Program-made: the position numbers and the translations under genes
Shown: piece by piece, positions 25,886-35,391 of the stretch
Position numbering within the stretch: the stretch's first letter is position 1
How the letters are laid out: each line of letters opens with the position of its first letter
Virus record (IMG/VR): IMGVR_UViG_3300046820_000975
Span: 32,001 to 96,000 of that record
Reading direction: 5' to 3' (one strand)
Length of the DNA stretch: 64,000 bases
DNA from: a virus
Notes under the pieces: generated by a model
Told to the model about the DNA's origin: nothing
Seen by the model: only the letters and a program-made list of their open reading frames with translations
Databases searched by the model: none

Positions 25886-27601
25886 ATGGCTTATTTTCCT
25901 CACGCGTACCAGAAGATGCTGGTAACAAAAGATGGCACCGATGCTTCAGGCTTCATCGTAGGTGCAGGTACAGCTACATCTGCTTTGACTTATGGTCAGT
26001 TGGCACTTGTTAGCGCTACCACTAACACAAGCTTGGCTTTGTCTTCAGGTACTTCTTACACAGGTTCACCATTGGTGTACTTGGCACAAGGTAGCTACCA
26101 CTCAGTAGACAAAATTGGACCTTATCATGGAGGTTACAAAGAAACTGTTAAATCTAAGGGTATCAATCCTAAGTATGTTAGCGCTTTCTACGTTACACAA
26201 CCAACTAGTCCAGTGAACGAAGTAATGAACATTAGTTACACTTACTCTAGTTCATGTCCAGTTGTTTGTAACAAAACGTATCGTTTGCGTCTTGACATCA
26301 AGGGTTCTCCTGCTCTTCGTTTCTTGACACACAATGCTTACTTTACATTGGATGCTAACTCTGGTTGTTGCGATTCTTCAAACAGTGCAATTGATCCAAA
26401 TTATGTAATGTTACAATGGGCAGAACGTATTGCTACTTACAACACTTTGAAAGACTTTGTAATGCCAATCGTTTGGAGTCGTGTTAAAGTATCTGGTACA
26501 GCTGCTACTGCTTCTGCTACTGCTGCTTCTGCATTGACTATGACTCGCGATGGTATCTATGCTGGTGATAAAGTTATCTTTACTCCAACTACTGCTACTT
26601 CAGCTACAAGTTCAACAATTGCTGGTAACACTTTCACAGTTGGTACTGCTACTAACACTGTATTCTCTGTAGGTCAAACTATCACAGGTACTGGTGTTGC
26701 TGCTGGAACTGTTATTACTGCATTAGTTTCTGGTGGTGGTGGAACAGGTTCTGTATTCACAGTTAACATTGCACAGACTGTTTCTTCAACAACTATTTCT
26801 TCTACATCTCCTGTTACTGCTTTTGTAAGTTCTTCTTACACAAATACAACTGGTTCTGGTGCTGTTGCTTTAGTTGCTGCTACTAACTTGTACACTCCAA
26901 GTGCTACAACAATTAGTGCATTTACAACTACTACAATCACTCCTGCTGTTTACCACAAAGTAAACACTTCTTTGGTTAATGGTACTTATTTGTATGATGC
27001 TACTTTGAACCCTTCTGGTTACCAACCAATCACTGGTTCTGCTGTTGCAACTGCAAATCCTGAATCATTTATGGAATTAGTAACTGCTTATGTTGAAACA
27101 CAATTTGGTAATGCTTCTTTTTACCCAACTGACCACTTTGAATTACAACCTTTAGAACTTTATGCTTCTATGTTAGACAGTGAAGGTAACGTTTGTGTTA
27201 CTTCATGTTTTGTTCCTACAGAAAAACAACAAAGTTTGCAAGGTCGTGGTTTTGGTGAACCATTAGTTCGTGAATTGATTCTTGCTAAACGCTACCAACA
27301 AGAACCATTCCAATTGGATCCACGTTTACGTGAAGTATTGAACGATACTACATTGTCTTATGTTGATGCAGCTGGTAACATTGTTAACGGTGAGATTAGT
27401 CGTGCAGCTAAATACTATGTATATAACATTTTACACAGTGTTCCTCGCAAAGCTAACCCAAGTGGTACAATGGATAGTGATCAATATCTTATCAAGATTG
27501 TTACTCCTGCTCGTAACACTGCGTTTGAGCAAGGTTTCATCAAGATGTTGAATGACTTTGGTAACTACGATTGCGGTACTGCTATCACAGTAACTGTTTA
27601 A
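25886..27601 (+). CDS. Abundant virion structural protein (auxiliary capsid-like) with a Thr/Ser-rich insertion
   Basis: Own putative promoter and terminator, MCP-like codon bias, central beta-rich T/S/A/G segment. Confidence 0.65.
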   Translation: MAYFPHAYQKMLVTKDGTDASGFIVGAGTATSALTYGQLALVSATTNTSLALSSGTSYTGSPLVYLAQGSYHSVDKIGPYHGGYKETVKSKGINPKYVSAFYVTQPTSPVNEVMNISYTYSSSCPVVCNKTYRLRLDIKGSPALRFLTHNAYFTLDANSGCCDSSNSAIDPNYVMLQWAERIATYNTLKDFVMPIVWSRVKVSGTAATASATAASALTMTRDGIYAGDKVIFTPTTATSATSSTIAGNTFTVGTATNTVFSVGQTITGTGVAAGTVITALVSGGGGTGSVFTVNIAQTVSSTTISSTSPVTAFVSSSYTNTTGSGAVALVAATNLYTPSATTISAFTTTTITPAVYHKVNTSLVNGTYLYDATLNPSGYQPITGSAVATANPESFMELVTAYVETQFGNASFYPTDHFELQPLELYASMLDSEGNVCVTSCFVPTEKQQSLQGRGFGEPLVRELILAKRYQQEPFQLDPRLREVLNDTTLSYVDAAGNIVNGEISRAAKYYVYNILHSVPRKANPSGTMDSDQYLIKIVTPARNTAFEQGFIKMLNDFGNYDCGTAITVTV

Positions 27602-27620
27602 TCATAAACTTTAACAAATA

Positions 27621-27653
27621 AAAGGAGGAAGAGGAAACTCTCCTCCTTTTTTT
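27621..27653 (+). terminator. Rho-independent terminator
   Basis: AAAGGAGGA(A)GAG-GAAA-CTCTCCTCC followed by TTTTTTT. Confidence 0.8.
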
Positions 27654-27706
27654 GTTTTTGTCTGTAATTTTTTGTATTTTTTTAGTAGAGGATAATTTAC
27701 ATCAAA

Positions 27707-28264
27707 ATGGCACTTAAACATCATTTAGCATTAGACATACCAGATACAGCATGTGATAACATATTGCGTATTGTAGACGCATCTGTTTATGCTACTGGAT
27801 TAGACGTAGATTGTCCAAGATTGGATATTACGCTACCTGGATTTACCATACCAGTTTATGTTACTACATTTGTTCCAGGTGAATCTATCAATTTAAATGC
27901 AATTGATTTAGGACTTATCCCTGTAAACTCACCAGAAATTATGAGTTTACCTGATGGTTTGTATACTATCAGATATAGTGTTTCACCTAATGATAAAGTA
28001 TATGTAGAATACTATCACTTACGTGTAACAAAACTTTTGAATACATACTGGAAAGAAGTATGTAAAGTACAATTAGCTCCATGCGAACCTTCTGTTGAAC
28101 AACATGAAAAGTTACATGACTTGCGTTATATCAAAATGTACATTGATGGAGCAAAAGCAAAAACTGAATACTGTCATTCACCTAAAGATGGTGTTAACAT
28201 GTATCTTTATGCTAAAAATTTACTAAGTAAATTCCAATCAGGTTGTTGCATAACCTGTAAATAA
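27707..28264 (+). CDS. Putative virion ring/hub protein
   Basis: LPDGLYTIRYSV motif, Cys-rich C-terminus, crAss-like synteny. Confidence 0.6.
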   Translation: MALKHHLALDIPDTACDNILRIVDASVYATGLDVDCPRLDITLPGFTIPVYVTTFVPGESINLNAIDLGLIPVNSPEIMSLPDGLYTIRYSVSPNDKVYVEYYHLRVTKLLNTYWKEVCKVQLAPCEPSVEQHEKLHDLRYIKMYIDGAKAKTEYCHSPKDGVNMYLYAKNLLSKFQSGCCITCK

Positions 28265-28284
28265 TAACTCTAAAACCAACAAAT

Positions 28285-28440
28285 ATGAGTACTTGTCAAA
28301 ATTGCAATGCAGCATTAACATGCGGATGTCAAATCAGAACAGCTTCAAATGGTAAAAATGTATGTAGTTCATGCATACAATCTTACGAAGCTCAAATTGC
28401 TCAAGCTAAATTAAATCAAACAAACTTATCACAAGGATGA
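28285..28440 (+). CDS. 51-aa Cys-rich mini-protein (not in the ORF track)
   Basis: MSTCQNC.....CGC...........CSSC; A-rich leader; ATGA overlap with the next gene. Confidence 0.75.
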   Translation: MSTCQNCNAALTCGCQIRTASNGKNVCSSCIQSYEAQIAQAKLNQTNLSQG

Positions 28441-28670
28441 TGGAAACACCTATAGTTCATATTAACAGATTGTTTGCTGATACAGTTTTTCAAGAAGTGC
28501 GTAAAAAACGCTTTGGGTTAAAAATTTGTAAAGCACATGTTGATATGGATCTTGCAGATGATTTAAGAAACATTTATACAAGACAATTAGAATTAATTGA
28601 CTGTGGATGTAATCCAAATTTATCTTCTTGTGAAAGAGTAAAAGTTGAAGAACGCATTAATACATTATAA
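28437..28670 (+). CDS. Hypothetical protein
   Basis: 77 aa; overlaps both neighbours at start/stop codons. Confidence 0.7.
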   Translation: MMETPIVHINRLFADTVFQEVRKKRFGLKICKAHVDMDLADDLRNIYTRQLELIDCGCNPNLSSCERVKVEERINTL

Positions 28671-30220
28671 TGGAACCAATAAATACATCAAATAAAGATA
28701 CGCAAGCTTGTATACCAATCAGTTCTAACTGTGTGGTATGGCAAGGTCCAGATATCCCATGTATTAACTTATGTTCTGGTGATAATATAACTGAGGTTGT
28801 ATATAAACTTGCAACAAAGTTGTGTGAAATGGCTGATCAAGTACTTGATATTACTGCACTTGATTTGACATGTTTAAACCCTAGCACAGGAGTTACAAAC
28901 CAAACTCAACTTATTCAGTTATTAATTAACAAAATTTGTGAAGCATTAAATTGCTGTAACAACAGTGGTGGTATTGTGCCTGGTACTAGTTTTTATGATT
29001 TACCAGTATGTTTACAATATACTGAGAATGATCAAGTAATAACACAATTACCTTTAGACGATTACTTAACGTATTTGGCTACTAATATCTGTGATATAAT
29101 TACAGATATAAATAGTTTAACTACACGTGTTACAACATTGGAAATTGCTGTAGCTGAATTACAAGAAGCAACATATCCAACTGCAGACATATTCATTACT
29201 ACACAGTGTGCAAGTGGTGGAACACCAGGTGTTACAATGGAAATACAAACAGCGTTTGAAAATTTTGAAGAAAAATTTTGTCAATTGCTGGGTTTACTTG
29301 GTTCTACTTCTGCCATAGATACGTTTATTGATGTTGAATGTGCAGGTATTGATACTGCTCCACAGTTAGCTGATCCAGGTAGTTTAATGAATGCATTACC
29401 AGGATGGACAAGTTCTCCATCAACTGTAATGCAAAATCTAACCAACCTATGGTTAGTTGTTTGCGATATGCGAGAAAAGGTTACTACTTGTTGTACAGGA
29501 ACAATTCCTTGTTCTGCTGTACCTGTAAGTAATATTAATACAATTGTAGATGGAGTAAACAATACATTTACATGGACACCACCAGCATTAATTGTTGGCG
29601 CTCCTACACCTACATCATTATTACTTGAAATATTTAGATACACATCTGGTTCTGTTGTAACTCCTAGTGTGTATAATCAAACTTTTGCAGGAACAGCTGT
29701 TACATCAGGATCAATAAATGTAAGTGGATTTGCAGCATCTTATGATGAGTTATTTTATGTAAAAATAACAGCAATCTATTCTTGCGGTCAAGCTGAAGCA
29801 TTTAACATTTTACATTTAGTGAATCCTTCTGTTGCTCCTTGTGTTCGTGTAACTGATAATGTTGTAACATCTTCAACTTCAATTACTTGTAGCGGATCTA
29901 ACTATCCTGCAACACAACGTAACATTATAGTTGAATTGCGTGATGTAAGTAATAACTTAGTTATCAATACTTCAAGTGCTGCAACTGTACGTGTAATGTT
30001 CAGCTTAGCTTATTCTGGTGGTTCAACAACTACAGAATATGTTGATGTAGTTCTTCCAGTTGGTGTATCAAGCGTAAACTATACTTACTATAGTGCTGGT
30101 ACACAAACTCATTCAGGATCTTGTACAGCATTTACAAGAACTTATCTTGGAGTTAACTCAGCAAGTTCTTCAATTGGTTCTCGTGCATTCTGCTCAGGCA
30201 TAACTTATTATACTCCATAA
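28670..30220 (+). CDS. Cys-rich virion protein with a coiled coil and FN3/Ig-like C-terminal domains (fibre-like)
   Basis: SSNCVVWQGPDIPC motif, heptad segment, and FTWTPP...YVKITA FN3-like pattern. Confidence 0.6.
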   Translation: MEPINTSNKDTQACIPISSNCVVWQGPDIPCINLCSGDNITEVVYKLATKLCEMADQVLDITALDLTCLNPSTGVTNQTQLIQLLINKICEALNCCNNSGGIVPGTSFYDLPVCLQYTENDQVITQLPLDDYLTYLATNICDIITDINSLTTRVTTLEIAVAELQEATYPTADIFITTQCASGGTPGVTMEIQTAFENFEEKFCQLLGLLGSTSAIDTFIDVECAGIDTAPQLADPGSLMNALPGWTSSPSTVMQNLTNLWLVVCDMREKVTTCCTGTIPCSAVPVSNINTIVDGVNNTFTWTPPALIVGAPTPTSLLLEIFRYTSGSVVTPSVYNQTFAGTAVTSGSINVSGFAASYDELFYVKITAIYSCGQAEAFNILHLVNPSVAPCVRVTDNVVTSSTSITCSGSNYPATQRNIIVELRDVSNNLVINTSSAATVRVMFSLAYSGGSTTTEYVDVVLPVGVSSVNYTYYSAGTQTHSGSCTAFTRTYLGVNSASSSIGSRAFCSGITYYTP

Positions 30221-30240
30221 ACTGATAAATATTTTTTGAG

Positions 30241-31152
30241 ATGTATCCAGAATTAAATAATAACTGCGGATGTCCAGATCCTACAGTACCAGCAGTAGAA
30301 ATACCAGCACCTCCTGTATGTGAAGGTGAACCGTGTCCAGAAGTCATAAACACCACATGTGTTAGATATGATGGTCCTGCTATTGAATGTATTACTACTA
30401 CAGTAAACATGACATTAAATGCTTTGATAATTGCAATTACAGATAAACTGTGTGCATTAGAAGCAGGTGGTAGTACAGGTGAAGGAGCTGTTACAGGCAT
30501 TACATGGGGATGTGTTGTTGAACCAGAAACTACTTCAGTTTCTGATGCAGTACAAATGTTGGTTAATGCAATTAACAATACAATTATCAGATACAATGTA
30601 AATGATTTCACTGTAGTTGATGATGATGATTGTTCTGCGCGCACATTAACAATTAAAAAAGGCGTTTGGACACAAATTGCAAACAATGATATCCTTTGGT
30701 ATAATGGATTTAGTGCAGCTACTCCAATTTATTATTTGTTAGATGCAGATGGAGTGATCCATTTAAAAGGTACATTGAGCAAATCAACTGTAATGGTTAT
30801 GTCTTCAGCTACTTATTCAAGTGGTGTAGGTATTAAAATTGCTGAATTACCAGGGTATTTATTACCAGTTGCTGAAAGAAATACTAATACTCCATCAGCA
30901 ATAAATGATTTTCCAATTTTAACTGTACCTGGATTTAACAATACATGTATTTATTCTACAGCTGGTCCTGTTAATCCTAACTATGCTTTACAATGGACTT
31001 TATCATGCAGTAAAACTGTTAGTGGAAGTAACTACTATTTTGCTATTAACGCATATGTTCCTTATGGTGCAACTGTAAATGGTGGAGGTAATGTAAATGG
31101 TGCAACAAATGTTAGCATGTACTTACATCCTGTAAAATACACAAGTTTATAA
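30241..31152 (+). CDS. Cys-rich tail-fibre/receptor-binding-like protein
   Basis: CVRYDGPAIEC N-terminal motif paralogous to the upstream gene; GVIHLKG...IAELP...P fibre-tip-like motif. Confidence 0.6.
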   Translation: MYPELNNNCGCPDPTVPAVEIPAPPVCEGEPCPEVINTTCVRYDGPAIECITTTVNMTLNALIIAITDKLCALEAGGSTGEGAVTGITWGCVVEPETTSVSDAVQMLVNAINNTIIRYNVNDFTVVDDDDCSARTLTIKKGVWTQIANNDILWYNGFSAATPIYYLLDADGVIHLKGTLSKSTVMVMSSATYSSGVGIKIAELPGYLLPVAERNTNTPSAINDFPILTVPGFNNTCIYSTAGPVNPNYALQWTLSCSKTVSGSNYYFAINAYVPYGATVNGGGNVNGATNVSMYLHPVKYTSL

Positions 31153-31196
31153 AAGTAATCATTCGTCAGGTTTGTTGGTTTTTTCCTGAAAGATGA

Positions 31197-31229
31197 TGCC
31201 CCTAGGTAAAACTGGGGGCAACTTTTTTT
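31197..31229 (+). terminator. Rho-independent terminator
   Basis: TGCCCCTAG-N6-CTGGGGGCA followed by ACTTTTTTT. Confidence 0.75.
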
Positions 31230-31235
31230 GCAGAA

Positions 31236-31267
31236 TTTGCTATTTGTATATAAAACCATTATATTTG
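31236..31267 (+). promoter_or_regulatory. Bacteroidota primary-sigma promoter (-33/-7)
   Basis: TTTG (31236) - 20 nt - TATATTTG (31260). Confidence 0.7.
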
Positions 31268-31296
31268 TTAGACTCATGTCTTAGAAAACCATTCTT

Positions 31297-32610
31297 ATGA
31301 CCATTATATCAGCTGTTTACAACAGTCTTAAACGCAAAAAATCTGCAGAATCTGAAGCTAGCAGATTAGGAATCTCCCTCCCTCAGTACCTTAAAGTTAA
31401 AGATGCATTGTTAAAAGTTATCCACAAGGTGGGTTCTAAAGTAGACAATGTTATAATTACTTTGGCTGAGCAAGAACTTAGCAAATCTTATTCTGTAAAA
31501 ACAGAAAAAGAATTATTAAAAGCTCTCACAGAGAAATTACCTGAAACTGAATCTGCAAAGTACTTTGAAGTACATGAAGATCTTGAATCTGGTACAAGTA
31601 AAATTTCAGCAATTTCTTCTACTGAACCTAAAAGTGCAGAAGAGATTATTAAACTTCTTAAGATTGATACTTCTAAATGGAAGTTAAGTCAATACTGGAA
31701 TAAAGAGAAATCTGATAAGTGGTTGGTATCTGCATTGGTAACTAAACGTCCAGAAGCAGAACAGATCCAAAGTACATTTTTGGATTTATTACAAAATTAT
31801 GAATTAGCACAACCTGCTGCACCAGAATTTTACTATTTAAACTCAGGGGTATCAGAAGAAGTTTGTGCAGTAATCTCATTGCAAGATCTTCACTTTGGTA
31901 AAACTGGTAATGAAGATTTAGAAATCCACGTAGAAAACGCTATAAAGTACCTTATTGGTAAAGCACATGTTAATTATACACTACAAAAAGTAGTTTTAGT
32001 TATTGGTGCTGACACCTTAAACATGGATACTTTTAACGGTACAACTACAAAAGGAACTCCAGTTGAGAATTCAAGTACAGCTACTAATGCTTATTTACAA
32101 GCGTTTGATTCAATATCAAATGCTTTGTCTCACATATATAACTATACAGAAGAACTTGAAGTTGTATTTGTACCAGGTAACCATGATCGTTTGAGTTCTT
32201 TCCATTTACTTCACGCTTTAAAACAAATGTTCCAAAATTGGGAACGTATGAAGTTTAGCATAGATTACGCTGAGCGTAAAGTACTTATGTATGGTAAAAA
32301 TATGATTTGCTTTGAACATGGTGATGTTTCTGCAAAGAACAACCCTTTAGTATTTGCAGTAGAATTCCCACAAGAATGGGGATCTTCTGTACACAGGATG
32401 CTTTATACTGGCCATTACCATGGACGCAAAACAAAAGAGTATATTACTGAAAATGAGGAGAATGGATTTGTAAGTAGGATTATCCCTGCATTAACTAGCT
32501 CTGACTATTACCATTATCACAACAAATGGGTGGGTAATAAACGTGCAGCAATTTTGCACATTCATGACGCTAATAATGGATTGATAGGAGAATTTACTTA
32601 TAGCGTGTAA
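31297..32610 (+). CDS. Calcineurin-like metallophosphoesterase
   Basis: DLHFG, GAD, PGNHD, HGD and TGHYH motifs. Confidence 0.88.
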   Translation: MTIISAVYNSLKRKKSAESEASRLGISLPQYLKVKDALLKVIHKVGSKVDNVIITLAEQELSKSYSVKTEKELLKALTEKLPETESAKYFEVHEDLESGTSKISAISSTEPKSAEEIIKLLKIDTSKWKLSQYWNKEKSDKWLVSALVTKRPEAEQIQSTFLDLLQNYELAQPAAPEFYYLNSGVSEEVCAVISLQDLHFGKTGNEDLEIHVENAIKYLIGKAHVNYTLQKVVLVIGADTLNMDTFNGTTTKGTPVENSSTATNAYLQAFDSISNALSHIYNYTEELEVVFVPGNHDRLSSFHLLHALKQMFQNWERMKFSIDYAERKVLMYGKNMICFEHGDVSAKNNPLVFAVEFPQEWGSSVHRMLYTGHYHGRKTKEYITENEENGFVSRIIPALTSSDYYHYHNKWVGNKRAAILHIHDANNGLIGEFTYSV

Positions 32611-32661
32611 GTTGTTTCATAATGTCCTCCTTTTTTTGTAATTTTTATATGTAGTGGTATA

Positions 32662-33243
32662 ATGAGAGAAGCTAGAAAACCAAACTTAAATGGTCCCAGA
32701 TACAGAAAGCCAAGCAAGAATCTTTTAACAAAAGAATTCATTAAAAAGTTAAGAGAGAATGTTCCTGGTTGTAATGTGTTATCTGATGATCAAATTAAGG
32801 AAGTGATTTACAAGTTTAACACAAATGTCTGGAAAACAGTCATTGAAGTTAGAGATGGTGTAGAATTACCAAACTTGTTAGGTCATGTGTTTATTGGAAC
32901 TTGCCAACCAAAGAAATCTAAAAATGTAGATTTCAAAGCAAGTGCAGATTATTTAAAAGTAATTCAGCACAGAAATTGGGAAAGTGACAATTATCTAGCA
33001 AAGATCTTTTATACTACTTATGGAACTAGATATCGTTTTAAAAACAATGAGATCTGGGCATTTAATCCAGCACGTGCGTTTACAAGGATGGTAGGTAAAA
33101 CTTACCCTCAGCTTTGGAAACAATATGTTGTGGTTGATCCAACAAGAAAAATTAGTAAGTTGTTTAAAAGCTATGATTATCAAATACAGCGAGTAGAACA
33201 AACTAAAGATACAATAGAAAATTACAACGAATTTGACTTATGA
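32662..33243 (+). CDS. IHF-like protein at the start of the crAss-like tail module
   Basis: GVELPNLLGHVFI HU/IHF-like strand; synteny. Confidence 0.55.
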   Translation: MREARKPNLNGPRYRKPSKNLLTKEFIKKLRENVPGCNVLSDDQIKEVIYKFNTNVWKTVIEVRDGVELPNLLGHVFIGTCQPKKSKNVDFKASADYLKVIQHRNWESDNYLAKIFYTTYGTRYRFKNNEIWAFNPARAFTRMVGKTYPQLWKQYVVVDPTRKISKLFKSYDYQIQRVEQTKDTIENYNEFDL

Positions 33244-33911
33244 TAACAATAGGTGAAGTTACTTCAAGATTACGTAATCAGTTTAAATCATCAAAATATG
33301 ATGCATTTATGACTGATCGCTTTATCTATTCTATGGTCATGAAGCATGCAAGAATGCTTATGCGTAGACAAGATAGTTTAAATAAGTTGATGAAGTTCAA
33401 TTCAATATTCCAGTCACTTGACTTTATGGAATTAATTGATGTTGATAGAGCACAAGCTGGTTGTAGAGGTATTGTTACTGGTTGTTATTTTAAGCGTACA
33501 AAAACAAAACTTCCAGCATTAATGGAAGGTTATTGGGGACCATTATTACGTTCAGTTACATCAATAGATTTATCACAAGATGTGACTCCTACATATCCAA
33601 ACAGCTTTGAACAAATGTCAAAGCAAAAAACATTCAAATACAATACAAGAAAGTATTATTGGTATCTTGATGGATACTTGTATTTTCCTAATTTAGATTG
33701 GGATGCTATTCGTATTGAAGGTGTGTTTGAAGGAGATGTAAGTAAATATAACTGTGACCCATCAGATCTATGTAAATTTGTACAAGATGAGGAAATCAGA
33801 GTTCCTGAGTTTCTTTTAGCTGAAGTTGAACAATTGGTTTCTAAAGATTTAAGTTTGTTGTTACAAATACCACAAGATACTGACTCTGATAACCGTCATA
33901 TAAATCGCTAA
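33240..33911 (+). CDS. Tail ring/tubular protein
   Basis: YYWYLDGYLY and IRIEGVFE motifs; position upstream of the muzzle gene. Confidence 0.65.
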   Translation: MITIGEVTSRLRNQFKSSKYDAFMTDRFIYSMVMKHARMLMRRQDSLNKLMKFNSIFQSLDFMELIDVDRAQAGCRGIVTGCYFKRTKTKLPALMEGYWGPLLRSVTSIDLSQDVTPTYPNSFEQMSKQKTFKYNTRKYYWYLDGYLYFPNLDWDAIRIEGVFEGDVSKYNCDPSDLCKFVQDEEIRVPEFLLAEVEQLVSKDLSLLLQIPQDTDSDNRHINR

Positions 33912-33916
33912 TTCTC

Positions 33917-35044
33917 ATGTTAACAGAACCTCAATACAGAACCTTTGATGAATTACTTGACAGTGTAAAGCTTGATTTAAAAAGCTTTGACTTAGAAGGT
34001 ATGATTGATGCTCAGCAATTGATTAAAGTTGCTATGCGTGTCAATTATGAATTGGGATTGAGAATTAATCAGTCACGTGCTAAAGCTATTACTGTGTATA
34101 AAGGTAAAGCTAAGTTACCAGTTGATTTTTATGTTTTAAACTTTGCTCTAATTTGTGAAGATACTACTTCATATAAAAGTGAAACTGAAGATAAAACATA
34201 TACTGAAGGTATAACAGATGGTGTCTTGCAAGGTATTTATTTAGCACAACAATATTATTTGAATCATTCTGTTGGATCATATACTACTACATTAAATATT
34301 CCAAATGGTGTAACTACTATTACACACAATCTTAATACTCATAATGTTATTGTTGAGGCATTTGCTCCTGATGGAACAATGCTTAGTTTTGAAGTACAAA
34401 CCCCAACTGAAGATACAATTACAATTACATCAACTGCTCCAACAACTCAGCTTGATATTAAAGTAGTTATTATTGGTGCACCTGAAACTCCTGCTACTAC
34501 TGTTACTCAATTACAAGAAGCTGCGTGTCCTGCTGAATTAATTAATGATCCATTTATGCATATTCCAAAAGTGATTTATGTAACAAATGGTAAATTAATG
34601 CAAGCAAAACGTTTGGCTGCTATGCGTATTGAAAAGAGTAAAGATGTAAGCGCTGACTGTGTAAATTTACAAAGTACAGACTACAGAACTGCACACATTA
34701 AAAATGGTTTTTTAGTAACTAACTTTGACGAAGGTACAGTATATATTAACTACCAAAGTTTGATGGAAGATGACAATGGTAACTTAATGGTATTAGATCA
34801 TCCTTTATGTAATGAGTTTTATGAATATGCTATTAAACAACGCATATTTGAAAACTTGATGTTTGCTGGTGAAAATGTAGCAAACCATATACAGTTTGTT
34901 GAGCAAAGATTGAGAGCTGCTAGAAATAACGCATATTCATTTGTTAATACTCCTGACTTTAATGAGTTGAAGAAGAACTGGGAAATGAATCGTAAAGCTA
35001 TGTACCATAGATACTACAACATGTTTAAAAGCAGCATTGTATGA
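33917..35044 (+). CDS. Tail ring/tubular protein with an inserted beta domain
   Basis: GKAKLP.DF and TNFDEGTVYINY motifs; ITHNLNT insertion. Confidence 0.65.
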   Translation: MLTEPQYRTFDELLDSVKLDLKSFDLEGMIDAQQLIKVAMRVNYELGLRINQSRAKAITVYKGKAKLPVDFYVLNFALICEDTTSYKSETEDKTYTEGITDGVLQGIYLAQQYYLNHSVGSYTTTLNIPNGVTTITHNLNTHNVIVEAFAPDGTMLSFEVQTPTEDTITITSTAPTTQLDIKVVIIGAPETPATTVTQLQEAACPAELINDPFMHIPKVIYVTNGKLMQAKRLAAMRIEKSKDVSADCVNLQSTDYRTAHIKNGFLVTNFDEGTVYINYQSLMEDDNGNLMVLDHPLCNEFYEYAIKQRIFENLMFAGENVANHIQFVEQRLRAARNNAYSFVNTPDFNELKKNWEMNRKAMYHRYYNMFKSSIV

Positions 35045-35391
35045 TAACCAAAGGAAAAATCAAAATTTCAGTTTATGAAACTGAAGTGCAACTCATGGTT
35101 GTAGATTCAATGAGTGAATTGCAAGATTTGCTTATGAAAAAAGGTATTATGGTTCATGATGTAACTAATTGTGAAGGAATTACTTTAGGGTATAACAAAA
35201 CGTATTTAGTTGTATTGGTTAAAGAACTTATTAGCCATAATCTAATTGCTCATGAATTGTTTCATTTAGCAACTATGGTTACAAAAGATATTGATATTGA
35301 GGATGAAGAATCTCAAGCGTGGTTGAATGGATACATAACAGAGCATGTGTACAAAATTTTGAACAAGAAAAATATAACAATCAAGTTATAA
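35041..35391 (+). CDS. Small zincin-like (HExxH) protein
   Basis: IAHELFH followed by DEESQAW. Confidence 0.6.
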   Translation: MITKGKIKISVYETEVQLMVVDSMSELQDLLMKKGIMVHDVTNCEGITLGYNKTYLVVLVKELISHNLIAHELFHLATMVTKDIDIEDEESQAWLNGYITEHVYKILNKKNITIKL

